Assembly (NCBI GenBank): GCA_963833225.1
Contig: CAWHXD010000014.1
Span: 32,001 to 96,000, forward strand
DNA length: 64,000 bases
From: an uncultured Chloroflexia bacterium
GTDB lineage: Bacteria; Chloroflexota; Limnocylindria; Limnocylindrales; CSP1-4
Direction of reading: 5' to 3'
Shown here: positions 17,584-27,787 of the stretch, in pieces
Layout: each line of letters opens with the position of its first letter
Numbering within the stretch: the first letter of the stretch is position 1
Notes under the pieces: model-generated
Told to the model about the DNA's origin: nothing
What the model saw: the letters and a program-made list of their open reading frames with translations, nothing else
Database searches by the model: none
Program-made: the position numbers and the translations under genes

Positions 17584-20100
17584 ATGGGATCCCCGGTTCA
17601 GGCACGGGCCGTCATCATCGGCGCCGGCATCGTCGGCAACGCCATGGCCTGGCACCTCGCCAAGCTCGGCTGGCGCGACCTGGTGCTGGTCGATAAAGGG
17701 CCCCTGCCCAACCCCGGTGGATCCACCGGACACGCGTCGAACTTCTGCTTCCCCGTTGACGGGACCAAGGAGGAGTCAACCTGCACGGTGGAGACCATCC
17801 GCCAGTTCACCGAGCTCGGCGTGTTCACCCGGTGCGGCGGCATGGAGGTCGCGCGGACGCCGGAGCGGATGGCCGAGCTGGCGCGACGGCAGGGTCTCGC
17901 GACGTCATGGGGGATCGAGTCGCGGTTGCTGACCCCTCCCGAGGTCCACGAGATCATCCCGTACCTGGATCCCTCCGTGATCACCGGGGGCTGGTACACG
18001 CCCAGCGCGGGGGTGGTGGACTCGCTGCGGGCCGGGACGCTGATGCGCGAGCAAGCCCAGGCCATGGGCGCGCTCACGATCATGGCGCGCACGGAGGTCA
18101 CCGGGATCGACACGGTCGACGGGCGCGTATCGGCCGTTCGGACGACCGGCGGCGACATCGAGACGCCGATCGTCGTGGTCGCGTGCGGCGTCTGGAGCCC
18201 GCGGATCGCCGCCATGGCCGGCGCCCACATCCCGCTGGTGCCCACCGTCCACCAGTTCGTATCCGTAGGTCCCGTGCCGCGCTTCGCCGACGTTCCGGGC
18301 GAGCAGGCGTTCCCCATCCTGCGGGACATGGACTCGCTGATGTACGAGCGGCCGAACGGGAGCCAGCTGGAGATCGGCTCGTACAGCCACCGGCCCATCC
18401 TGTGGCATCCGGATGACATCCCGTCGATCGAGGACTCCGTCCTGTCGCCCACCGAGCTGCCGTTCACGACGGAGGATTTTGAGCAGTCGTACGCGGACGC
18501 CCTCGAGCTCATCCCCGAGATCCTGGGCGACGAGCGTGTCGGCCAGCAGTACGCGATCAACGGCCTGCTCTCGGTGACCCCGGACTGGAGCCCCGTGCTG
18601 GGCGAGTCGCCCGAGGTCGGCGGGCTGTGGTCCGTGGCGGCCGTGTGGATCAAGGAGGCGCCCGCGATCTGCGAGACCATCGCCCAGCGGATGACCGGGC
18701 TGCCCGAGACCATCGACCTCCACGCGGCGGACATCGCGCGCTTCTACCCGCACCAGCGGACCTGGGAGCACTCGATCGCGCGCGTGTCCGAGGCGTTCAA
18801 CAAGTTCTACGGCATCGTCCACCCGGCCGAGCAGTGGTCGACCGACCGGGGCGTCCGGCTGCCGCCGATGTACGCCGCGGAGCAGGCCCTGGGCGCCGTC
18901 CATTTCGAGGTGGCGGGTTGGGAGTGCCCGATGTGGTACGAGGCCAACGCCCCGCTCGTGGAGGCGTACGGCGACCGGATCATGCACCGCCCGCACGAGT
19001 GGGACGCTCGCTGGTGGTCGCCGATCACGCTGGCCGAGCATCTCGCGCTGCGCGACCGGGCCGCCATCGTGGACGCCACCCCGTTCGCCCTGTTCGACGT
19101 GACCGGGCCGGGGGCGCTCGCGTTCCTCGAGCGGCTGTGCGTGAACCGGATCGAGTCGCCGATCGGCAGGACGATCTACACGCCGCTGCTCGACGAGGCG
19201 GGCGGCGTGGCCGCCGACCTCACCGTGCTCCACGTGGGGCGCGACCGGTACCGGGTCGTGACCGGCGGCGGCATGGGGATGCGCGACAAGCAGTGGTTCA
19301 CCGACCGGCTGCCGGCCGACGGGTCCGCGCAGCTAGCGGACCTGACTTCCGCGTACACCGCGGTCGGGGTGTGGGGGCCACGTGCCCGGGACATCCTGGC
19401 GTCGATGACCTCGGCCGACGTGTCCAACGCCGCCTTCCCGTTCGCACACAACCGGCGGCTGGACGTGGACGGGATCGAGGTGCTCGCGAACCGGCTCTCG
19501 TACGTCGGCGAGCTCGGTTGGGAGCTGTTCGCGCCGATCGAGCTCGGTGCGCACCTGTGGGACGCGGTCTGGGCGGCCGGTCAGCCGTTCGGGGCGATCG
19601 CCGCCGGGTGGTCGGTGATCGCGTCGTCCGCGCGGCTCGAGAAGGGGTACCGCGGGTACGGCTCGGAGCTGTCGCTGGACTACTCGCTGGTGGAGGCGGG
19701 GCTGGCGCGGAAGTCCGTGAAGGACGTGCCGTTCATCGGTCGCGAGGCGTACCTGCGCCAGCGTTCCGAGGCGCCCGCGGCGCTGCTGTGCACGCTCACG
19801 GTGGACTCGCACGTTTCCGCCCCTGGCGGCGTGCCGCGGTTCATGCTGGGGCGCGAGCCCGTGCTCATGCCCGACGGGTCGCCCATCGAGGATGCGAAGG
19901 GGCGGTGGTCGTATGTGACCTCGGCCGGGACCGGGCCCTCGGTGGGCAAGCACCTGCTGATGGCGTACCTGCCGGTGGAGCTGGCGGTGGCGGGGACGAA
20001 GCTCGCGGTCCAGTACATGGGCGAGCGGTACCCGGTCACGGTTGCCGTGGCGGGCTCGACGCCGTTGTTCGATCCGGAGGATGCGCGGCTGCGCTGCTGA
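17584..20100 (+). CDS. GcvT-family FAD-dependent oxidoreductase (dimethylglycine oxidase-like)
   Basis: GAGIVG, GGSTGHAS, SYVGELGWE and RLEKGY motifs. Confidence 0.9.
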   Translation: MGSPVQARAVIIGAGIVGNAMAWHLAKLGWRDLVLVDKGPLPNPGGSTGHASNFCFPVDGTKEESTCTVETIRQFTELGVFTRCGGMEVARTPERMAELARRQGLATSWGIESRLLTPPEVHEIIPYLDPSVITGGWYTPSAGVVDSLRAGTLMREQAQAMGALTIMARTEVTGIDTVDGRVSAVRTTGGDIETPIVVVACGVWSPRIAAMAGAHIPLVPTVHQFVSVGPVPRFADVPGEQAFPILRDMDSLMYERPNGSQLEIGSYSHRPILWHPDDIPSIEDSVLSPTELPFTTEDFEQSYADALELIPEILGDERVGQQYAINGLLSVTPDWSPVLGESPEVGGLWSVAAVWIKEAPAICETIAQRMTGLPETIDLHAADIARFYPHQRTWEHSIARVSEAFNKFYGIVHPAEQWSTDRGVRLPPMYAAEQALGAVHFEVAGWECPMWYEANAPLVEAYGDRIMHRPHEWDARWWSPITLAEHLALRDRAAIVDATPFALFDVTGPGALAFLERLCVNRIESPIGRTIYTPLLDEAGGVAADLTVLHVGRDRYRVVTGGGMGMRDKQWFTDRLPADGSAQLADLTSAYTAVGVWGPRARDILASMTSADVSNAAFPFAHNRRLDVDGIEVLANRLSYVGELGWELFAPIELGAHLWDAVWAAGQPFGAIAAGWSVIASSARLEKGYRGYGSELSLDYSLVEAGLARKSVKDVPFIGREAYLRQRSEAPAALLCTLTVDSHVSAPGGVPRFMLGREPVLMPDGSPIEDAKGRWSYVTSAGTGPSVGKHLLMAYLPVELAVAGTKLAVQYMGERYPVTVAVAGSTPLFDPEDARLRC

Positions 20101-20108
20101 GGTCGCGG

Positions 20109-20420
20109 GGCCGCGGTGGCGCCACCGCCCGCGGGCCCGATGCCCGGCAGGCACCGGAATCGCCACGGCCCGCCCCGCTCGGACCAGGCCGTTGCCTGGC
20201 AGGCACCGAAATCGCCGCGGCCCGCCCCGCTCGGACCAGGCCTTTGCCTGGCAGGCACCGAAATCGCCGCGGCCCGCCCCGGACGCCCCGAACCGTGGTC
20301 CATCAGGCCACATTCACGCCGCGGCCCGCCCCGCTCGGACCAGGCCTTTGCCTGGCAGGCACCGAAATCGCCGCGGCCCGCCCCAGACGCCCCGAACCAT
20401 GGTCCATCAGGCCACATTCA
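20109..20420. repeat. Exact 52-bp-period array, six units (A' A A B A B)
   Basis: Units start at 20109 (degenerate), 20161, 20213, 20265, 20317 and 20369. Each is CGCCGCGGCCCGCCCC plus 36 nt of type A or B. Confidence 0.9.
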
Positions 20421-20546
20421 CGCCGACGAGCGAGCGATCGTGGGCCGCCAGTCCACGTTCAAGGGTGTCACTCCGACATAAGCCCCCGATAAGGGCGATG
20501 TCGTTGACTGCACGTCCACGCCCGCCGCGTCAGCGAGGGACCGGTC

Positions 20547-21311
20547 ATGGGCGAGACGAAGCTCGAGCGCCTGATCCACGAACGGCAGCGGGCGCTACGC
20601 CGGGCCCTCGCCGCGGAGCTGCGGCGGGTGCTCGAGACGGAGGGGCTGAGCCTGCGGGCGCTCGGTGCGGCGGTCGGCGTGGACCCGAGTCACCTGTCGC
20701 GGGTCCTGGGCGAAGCCAGCGGCATCAGCCACGACGCCCTCGTCGCCGTCGCAACGGGCCTCGGCTACGACGTGTCGTTTCGCCTCTTCGAGTCTGTCGG
20801 CCCGCGCGTCCGGGACCGGATCCAGGTCCGGATGATCGAGGCACTGCTCGCCGCGCTCCATCCGCGGTGGCTGGCGCGCTTGGAGGTTGCCGTCTACCGG
20901 CCCGTGCGCGGCGTGATCGACATCGTGCTCCAGGATCGCGAGACGTCGGGCCTGGTGGCCGGCGAAGGTCACAGCCTCCTCTCGAGCGTCGAGCAGCAGG
21001 TGCGCTGGGCCGGGCAGAAGGCCGATGCGCTGCCGTCCGCGAACGGGTTCCCCTGGGCGGACGGTCCGATCCCGCCTCGTGTGGGCCGCCTGCTCCTGCT
21101 CCGCTCCTGTGCCGCCAACCACCGGCTGGTCGCATCGTTCCCGGAGACGTTCCGGGCCGCCTACCCGGACTCGACCGAGGTGGCGGTGGCGGCCCTGCGG
21201 CACGGCGACCGCGCCTGGCCCGGGGCCGCGATCCTGTGGGTGTCCGTGGACGGGGCCGGGACCCGGCTCATGGACTCGGTGCCGCGGGCGGCGCTCATCG
21301 GCGGCCGCTGA
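20547..21311 (+). CDS. XRE-HTH protein with C-terminal PD-(D/E)XK-like (restriction-endonuclease fold) domain
   Basis: HTH segment SLRALGAAVGVDPSHLSRV; EV...RGVID...AGEGHS motif; homologous to 60008..60664. Confidence 0.7.
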   Translation: MGETKLERLIHERQRALRRALAAELRRVLETEGLSLRALGAAVGVDPSHLSRVLGEASGISHDALVAVATGLGYDVSFRLFESVGPRVRDRIQVRMIEALLAALHPRWLARLEVAVYRPVRGVIDIVLQDRETSGLVAGEGHSLLSSVEQQVRWAGQKADALPSANGFPWADGPIPPRVGRLLLLRSCAANHRLVASFPETFRAAYPDSTEVAVAALRHGDRAWPGAAILWVSVDGAGTRLMDSVPRAALIGGR

Positions 21312-21803
21312 GTGCGGCACCGGGGGCGATCCAGTCCGGCAGGAGGTGGACATCGCGATGACGTCTCGCTGAGGCTCCGCGACCCGGGCCTGAAATGGCG
21401 CCGGGTCAGGCCGCGCGCAGGCCCGTGCGCTGGTGTGGCTTCGGGCTGTGGTCGAGGCTCGCGCACGCCTGGCCGTCGGCATCGCGCGCTTCACACCGAC
21501 CCGGCATCAGCACCTGGCCAGCTGGCGCCTCCATCCACTCGGTGATGTTCGGCGCGCTGTTCTTCATGACCCAAGCATCGGGCGCACTTCGCCGTCACGC
21601 AAGGACCTGAACGTCCCGCGCCCTGCCGCAACGGCAAGGCGTCGGTCAAGATCAATCGGTGTGCCGACCACCTGTCGGAGCGGATCGCCACTTGCTGCCG
21701 CACCCAGCGCTCGTTGACTCCGGGTCCACGGTCTCGCCGCCCGGGGATGATCGGCGGCGCGAACGGTGTCCCGGAGGCCCCGAAGTCGGGTATGCCGGTG
21801 CGG

Positions 21804-21880
21804 ACGTGGACTGCCGGTCCACGGATCCGCCGCTGGGGGATCCATCTCGGCGAATCCGGTGCCTGGCAGGCAACGGCCAG
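21804..21880. repeat. Right inverted terminus of the HTH cassette
   Basis: acgtggactgccggtccacg and cggcgaatccggtgcctggcaggcaacggcc are near reverse complements of 20439-20458 and of array unit A. Confidence 0.75.
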
Positions 21881-21898
21881 GGAGCGGCTGCAGCCGGG

Positions 21899-22351
21899 TC
21901 AATCCCCGGCGCGCGCCTCCAGGGCGGCGAGGTGCTCGGCGTCATGGTTCGCGGCGACGCCCAGCAGCCCCGCGACGTCCAGCCGGCCATAGGTCGCGTG
22001 GATCCCGGCCCGGGCCCAGCCCGCCTCGTCGAGCACGGCGATCCGCGCCAGGGTTGCCGACCGCTCCGCCCCGAACACCGCGAGCGCGCCCTCGAGCGAC
22101 GCCGCGGCCGGCTCGTCGACCGGACCCGGCTCGGTCCAGGACCACTGTGGCTCGGCGCGTCCGGGCCCCAGCAGGTCGAGCCGCGCCTGCCAGACGTCCC
22201 GCTCGACCGCGACCAGGTGAGCGACGACGTCTCGCGCCGTCCACTCGCCGGCCGGCGGCCCGGACACGGCCTCGCGGGCAACCACGGACCGCGCCACGGC
22301 CCCCATGAGGGCCGGAAGGGCACCCAGCCGCGCGACCACCTCGGCGTCCAT
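21899..22351 (-). CDS. DinB-family protein
   Basis: GEWTARDVVAHL, GIHATYG and NHDAEHL motifs. Confidence 0.8.
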   Translation of the reverse strand: MDAEVVARLGALPALMGAVARSVVAREAVSGPPAGEWTARDVVAHLVAVERDVWQARLDLLGPGRAEPQWSWTEPGPVDEPAAASLEGALAVFGAERSATLARIAVLDEAGWARAGIHATYGRLDVAGLLGVAANHDAEHLAALEARAGD

Positions 22352-22353
22352 CG

Positions 22354-23895
22354 CTAGATGTCCGAGTCCGGGGACGCCGCCTTGGCCTTCGCGACGAACT
22401 CCCGCAGCGCCTCGTCCACGCCCACGTCCAGCGGCGGCGCGACGTACTCCGCCAGCATCTTCTTCCAGATCGTGTTCGCCCGCTGCGGCGCGTCGAGCGA
22501 CCCTTCCTCGAGCCACTGCTCGAAGCTGTTGTTGTCGGCGACATCGGACCGGTAGAACGCGGTCTCGAAGTTGGCCAGCGTGTGCGCGGTGCCCAGGAAG
22601 TGCTGGCCGGGCACGTTCTCGAGGATCGCGTCCACGGCCTGCCCGTTCTCGGACATGTCGACGCCGTTCACGAACACGCCCATCATCCCGCACTGGTCGG
22701 CGTCGAGGACGAACTTCTCGTAGCCCATGGTCAGCCCGCCCTCGAGCCAGCCGGCGGCGTGGAGCACGAAGTTCACGCCGCCGAGGACGGTCGGCTGGAG
22801 GGTGGCGGCGGACTCGTAGGCGGCCTGCGCATCGGGGACCTTGGACGCGCACAGCGACCCGCCGGACCGGAACGGGACCCCCAGCCGGCGGGCGAGGGCG
22901 GCCATCGTGTACAGGACCAGCGCGGGCTCCGGGGTGCCGAAGGTCGGGGCGCCGGACTGCATCGAGATCGAGCTCGCGAACGAGCCGAACACGACGGGGG
23001 CACCGGGCCGCACGAGCTGCACGAAGGCCATCCCGGCGAGCGCCTCGGCGAGGGTCTGGGCGCACACGCCGGCCGCGGTGACCGGTGCCATGGCGCCGGC
23101 GAGGATGAACGGCGTGATCAGGGTCGCCTGGTTGGCGAGGGCGTAGGTCCTCGCGGCGCCCAGCATGCTCGCGTCCCACACCAGCGGGGAGCTGGCGTTG
23201 ATCAGCGAGAGCAGGACGGTGTGGTCCTCGAGGGAGTCCTCGCCAAACACGATCCGCGCCATGTCCACCGTGTCCTGCGCGCGTGACGGCGCGGTCACCG
23301 AACCCATGAACGGCTTGTCGCTGTAGCGGATGTGGGCGTCGACCATGTCCAGGTGGCGCTTGTTGACGGGCAGGTCGACGGGCTCGCAGACGGTGCCGCC
23401 GCTGTGGTGCAGGTGCGGGCTCGCGTAGGCGAGCTTCACGAAGTTGCGGAAGTCCTCGATCGTCCCGTACCGGCGCCCACCGTCGAGGTCGCGGACGAAC
23501 GGCGAGCCATAGGCCGGCGCGAACACGGTCGCGTTGCCGCCGATCCGGACGCTCCGCGCCGGGTTGCGGGCGTGCTGGATGAACTCGCGCGGCGCGGATG
23601 CCCCGACGATGGACCGGCACATGCCGCGCGGGAAGCGGACCCGCTCGCCCTCGACATCGGCCCCGGCGTCGTGCAGGAGGGCCAGGGCCTCGGGGTCGCC
23701 GCGGAACTCCAGGCCCACCTCGGCGAGGATGGTGTCCGCGTTGTGCTCGATGAGCGACAGCCCCTCCTCGCCCAGGACCTCGAACGGGGTGAGGGTCCGG
23801 GTCAGGAACGGGATGCTCTGCGCGTGGGCGTGTGCCCGTGCCGCCTGGCGTGCCGCCCGGCCACCGGACCGGCGATGGGTGGTCTCCTCGATCAT
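22354..23895 (-). CDS. MttB-family methyltransferase, non-pyrrolysine (glycine betaine MtgB-like)
   Basis: Own GGAGGA RBS and ATG; APAYGSP, INASSP, PFRSGGSL, DAQAAYES and HAAGWLEGGL motifs. Confidence 0.88.
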   Translation of the reverse strand: MIEETTHRRSGGRAARQAARAHAHAQSIPFLTRTLTPFEVLGEEGLSLIEHNADTILAEVGLEFRGDPEALALLHDAGADVEGERVRFPRGMCRSIVGASAPREFIQHARNPARSVRIGGNATVFAPAYGSPFVRDLDGGRRYGTIEDFRNFVKLAYASPHLHHSGGTVCEPVDLPVNKRHLDMVDAHIRYSDKPFMGSVTAPSRAQDTVDMARIVFGEDSLEDHTVLLSLINASSPLVWDASMLGAARTYALANQATLITPFILAGAMAPVTAAGVCAQTLAEALAGMAFVQLVRPGAPVVFGSFASSISMQSGAPTFGTPEPALVLYTMAALARRLGVPFRSGGSLCASKVPDAQAAYESAATLQPTVLGGVNFVLHAAGWLEGGLTMGYEKFVLDADQCGMMGVFVNGVDMSENGQAVDAILENVPGQHFLGTAHTLANFETAFYRSDVADNNSFEQWLEEGSLDAPQRANTIWKKMLAEYVAPPLDVGVDEALREFVAKAKAASPDSDI

Positions 23896-25938
23896 CGGAT
23901 GTCCTCCGGGACGACTGCTGGCTCGATGGGGGTGGATCTGCGGCTGCGGCGCCGGCCATCGCGGGAGCCGGCATCGGAAGGGCGTCGCTCGGGCAGCGCA
24001 ACGGCCTGGGACAGGAAGGTTGGCGGCGCCGTCCGGTGCGGGATCGCGAGCGCCTCGACGAAGTGGGCCTGGAACCGTGGCTCCACGGCGGTCTCCACCT
24101 TCTCCACCCGGCGGACGACGGACTCGATCTCCGTCGCGCTTGTCTCGGGCGAGCAGCGCGAGCAGGGCGCCGGTGCCCGCGGCGTTGCCGATGGACGAGA
24201 CGTGGGCGAGGTCGCAGTCGGGGATGAGCCCCAGGACCATGGCGTGCATCGGGTCGATGTGGCTGCCAAAGGCCCCGGCAAGCCGCACCTCGTCCACGGT
24301 ATCGACGCCCAGCTGGTCCATGAGCAGGCGCGCGCCGGCGTACAGGGCGGCCTTGGCGAGCTGGATCGCGCGCACGTCGTCCTGCGTGATCGTGATCGCC
24401 GGCGACCCGTCGTGCAGCAGGTACGAGAAGGTGCGTCCCCTGGCCCGGATCCGCGGCGTCCGCGCGGCCAGCGAGCCGTCGATGACCCCGTCCGCGGTGA
24501 CGACCCCGGCCAGGAACAGCTCAGCGATCGCCTCGATGATCCCGGAGCCACAGATGCCGGTCACGCCGACATCGGCGATGGCATCCTCGAACCCCGCTTC
24601 GTCAGACCACCGGTCGCTGCCGATGACCCGGAACCGCGGCTCGAGCGACACGGGGTCGATCCGCACCCGCTCGATGGCGCCCGGCGCGGCCCGCTGGCCG
24701 CTGCTGATCTGGGCGCCCTCGAACGCTGGGCCGGTGGGGCTCGAGGCCGCGAGCAGGCGGTCGCGGTTGCCCAGGACGATCTCCGCGTTGGTGCCGACGT
24801 CGACGAGCAACCGGATCGGCACCGCCTTGTGCGGCTCGTCGGCGAGGATCACGCCTGCCGTGTCCGCGCCCACGTGCCCGGCGATGCACGGCAGCACGTA
24901 CGCCCGTGCGCCCGGCCGCAGGGAGGCCAGCTCGAGCCCCGCGGCCGTGGTCCGCACGGGCCGGTCCGTCGCCAGCGCGAACGGCGCGGACCCGAGCTCG
25001 ACGGGGTCGATGCCCAGGAACAGGTGGTGCATGATCGGGTTGCCGACGAGCGTCAGCTCCAGCACGTCGTCGCGCGGCACGCCGCCCCCGTCGACGAGCC
25101 GCCCGATCAGCTCGTCGAGCGCGGTGCGCACGGCCCGCGTCATCTCCGCGGCGCCGCCCTCGTTGAGCATCGCGTACGAGACGCGGCTCATGAGGTCCTC
25201 GCCGAACCGGATCTGCGGGTTCATCAGGCCCGCGGAGGCCAGCACCTCGCCGGAGCCCAGGTTCGCGAGGTGGCCCGCGATCGTGGTCGAGCCCACGTCG
25301 ATGGCGATGCCGTACACGGCCTCGTGCAGGCCCGGCCAGGCGGCGATCACGTCACGCCCGTCGTGGACCGCGACCGTGACGCCCCACGACCCGGCCCGCA
25401 GCGTGTGCTGGAGCCCGCGCAGGACCAGGAGGTCCACCGCGAGGTCCCGCAGCCCCCACTCGCGCTCCAGCGCCTCGAGGAGCCGCGCGAGGTCGCCCGT
25501 GGGCGAGGCGAGGTCGGGCTGGGTGACCTCCACGTAGTGGAGCCGGACGACGGGATCGACGCGGAACCGGCGCAGATCCAGGCTCTTGCGCACGACCTGG
25601 CGGTGGACCTGGGATTCGGCCGGGACATCGATGACGAGGTCGCCGCGGATCTCCGCGGTGCACGAGAGGCGCCGGCCGTCGGCCATCCCCTTGCGGTCCC
25701 GGTAGGCGGCCTCCTTCGCTCCGAACGGTGACAGGTTCCCCTCGGCCGACGTGATGCCGTGCTTGGCGAAGTCGCCCACGGACTGGACCACCTGGCAGCG
25801 CCCGCAGATGCCGCGCGTGCCGCACACGGAGTCGATGTCGACGCCCAGGGCGCGGGCGGCATCGAGCACCGTCGTCCCCAGGCGAGCCCGCCCGCGCCGG
25901 CCCGATGGGGTGAACACGACCAGCGCGTCGTCGGCCAC
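23892..25938 (-). CDS. ASKHA-domain corrinoid reductive activator (RACo/RamA-like) with 2Fe-2S domain; frameshift near 24135
   Basis: CGTRGICGRC ferredoxin motif, IDVGSTT, DVGTNAE, GPAFEG, GICGSG and LAGAFG; the C-terminus continues in ORF 23892..24551. Confidence 0.85.
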
Positions 25939-25970
25939 GGTTGGTGGGTCCTCGCCCTGTGCCGCCGGCC

Positions 25971-26882
25971 TCAGCCGACCCCGGCGCCCGCCCGACGGCG
26001 ATTGACGCGGCGTCCCTGCTCGCCCTCGAGGGGCGCAACGCGGAAGGCGCGGATCCAGCGGGAGGCATCTCGATCGTTGCCCATCAGGACGTCCGCCGCC
26101 ATCACCGCGTGCTTGACGCCCTCCGCGATCGGGTTCGTGATCGCGGACGTGAGGCCGCTCGCGATGGCCATCGCGAGGAAGGCGCCGTTGACCCCCTCGC
26201 GGTTCGGCAGGCCAAAGCTCACGTTGGACGCGCCACAGGTCGTGTTGACGCCCAGGTCGTCGCGCAACCGGCCAAGCAGGCGGAAGACGCCCCGGCCTGC
26301 GGTCGAGACCGCGCCGATCGGCATGACCAGCGGGTCCACCACGATGTCCTCGCGGGGGATCCCGTGGTCCGCCGCGCGCTCCACGATCTTCTTCGCGACC
26401 GCGAACCGGACGTCGGGGTCCATCGAGATCCCGGTCTCATCGTTGGAGATGGCCACGACGGCGGCGCCGTACTTGCGGACGAGCGGCAGGACGCGCTCCA
26501 GGCGCTCGTCCTCGCCGGTGACCGAGTTCACCAGGGCCTTGCCCTGGTAGACCGCGAGGCCGGCCTCGAGCGCGTCCACGATGGACGAATCGATGGACAG
26601 AGGCAGGTCGGTGAGCGACTGGACGAGCTGGATGGTCCGCGCGAGGATCGCCGGCTCGTCGGCGAGGGGGATCCCGGCATTCACATCGAGCATGTGGGCG
26701 CCGGCCTCGACCTGGGCGAGGACATCGCGCTCCACGCGCGAGAAGTCGCCGGCGGCCATCTCGGCGGCAAGGATCTTGCGACCGGTGGGGTTGATCCGCT
26801 CGCCGATGATCACGAACGGGCGGTCGCCGCCGATGATGACCTCGCGGGTCGCGGAGCTGATGACGGTGTGGGCCACGGTCAC
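25971..26882 (-). CDS. Methyltetrahydrofolate:corrinoid methyltransferase (pterin-binding, AcsE-like)
   Basis: IIGERINPTG, LDVNAG, IDSS, VNSV and GASNVSFGLP motifs. Confidence 0.88.
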   Translation of the reverse strand: MTVAHTVISSATREVIIGGDRPFVIIGERINPTGRKILAAEMAAGDFSRVERDVLAQVEAGAHMLDVNAGIPLADEPAILARTIQLVQSLTDLPLSIDSSIVDALEAGLAVYQGKALVNSVTGEDERLERVLPLVRKYGAAVVAISNDETGISMDPDVRFAVAKKIVERAADHGIPREDIVVDPLVMPIGAVSTAGRGVFRLLGRLRDDLGVNTTCGASNVSFGLPNREGVNGAFLAMAIASGLTSAITNPIAEGVKHAVMAADVLMGNDRDASRWIRAFRVAPLEGEQGRRVNRRRAGAGVG

Positions 26883-26893
26883 GATCTCCCGGC

Positions 26894-27589
26894 TCAGGCG
26901 GCGCCGGCGCGGCGGGCCAGGATCAGCTGCTTCGCCGTTTCGGATGCCACCGCGGCATCGCGGCAGTACGCGTCCGCGCCCACGGCCTTCGCAAAGTCCT
27001 CGTTGAGCGGCGCTCCCCCCACGAGCACGATGTAGTCGTCCCGGATGCCGCGGCTGGCGAGCTCGCCGATCACGACCTTCATGTACGGCATCGTGGTGGT
27101 GAGCAGTGCGGACATGCCCAGGATGTCCGGCTTGTGCTCCTCGAGCGCGGCCAGGAACTTCTCGACGTCGGTGTTGATGCCCAGGTCGACCACCTCGAAG
27201 CCGGCTCCCTCGAGCATCATCCCGACCAGGTTCTTGCCGATGTCGTGGATGTCGCCCTTGACCGTCCCGATGACCACCTTGCCGATCGGCTTGGCTCCCG
27301 TCTCGGCCAGCAGCGGCCGGAGGATCGCCATGCCCTTCTTCATCGCGTTGGCGGCGAGCAGGACCTCGGGCACGAACAGGATCCCGTCTCGGAAGTCCAC
27401 GCCGACGATGCGCATGCCCTCGACCAGCGCCTCGTTGAGGACCCGGTCGGGTCCCCAGCCTCGCGAGAGCAGCAGGTTCGTTCCCTCGGTGATCTCATCC
27501 GCCAGCCCGTCGTACAGGTCGTTGTGCATCTGCTCGACGAGCTCCTCGTCGGTCAGGCTCGAGAGGTCCAGCTCCTGGTCGTCGCTCAT
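26894..27589 (-). CDS. Cobalamin-binding corrinoid protein (MttC-like)
   Basis: GDIHDIGKN, SALLTTT and VGGAP motifs. Confidence 0.92.
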   Translation of the reverse strand: MSDDQELDLSSLTDEELVEQMHNDLYDGLADEITEGTNLLLSRGWGPDRVLNEALVEGMRIVGVDFRDGILFVPEVLLAANAMKKGMAILRPLLAETGAKPIGKVVIGTVKGDIHDIGKNLVGMMLEGAGFEVVDLGINTDVEKFLAALEEHKPDILGMSALLTTTMPYMKVVIGELASRGIRDDYIVLVGGAPLNEDFAKAVGADAYCRDAAVASETAKQLILARRAGAA

Positions 27590-27715
27590 GTGTCGGCCTC
27601 CTCGGGCAGTCTGGCCCGGGTCCGACGGTGGGACGGCCGTCGGTCGATGGCTCCGTGGTCGAAGTGGTGGGCGGTGCGGCGATCGAGGCGCGGTTCCTGG
27701 TTCGGCAAGGGTCTT

Positions 27716-27750
27716 GTTCCGCGATGTGGAACGATGCCGTATGATGGAAC
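27716..27750. promoter_or_regulatory. Probable IclR operator and promoter in a divergent region
   Basis: Palindrome GTTCC-N7-GGAAC (27716-27732), a degenerate repeat 18 bp later, and TATGAT at 27740. Confidence 0.5.
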
Positions 27751-27787
27751 GCGCGCGACCCCGGAAGCGTAGCCCACGGAGACCCTC

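Noticed and set aside
20109-20420. Canonical CRISPR array
   Set aside because: The constant part is only 16 nt, spacers recur, and there are no cas genes or AT-rich leader.
13717-23895. Pyrrolysine or selenocysteine recoding in the methyltransferases
   Set aside because: No in-frame TAG or TGA, and no pyl or sel genes in the window.
22354-25938. Apparent 1194-aa ASKHA-MttB fusion
   Set aside because: The ASKHA C-terminus continues in another frame (stop at 23892) and mttB has its own RBS and ATG; a single indel explains the fusion.
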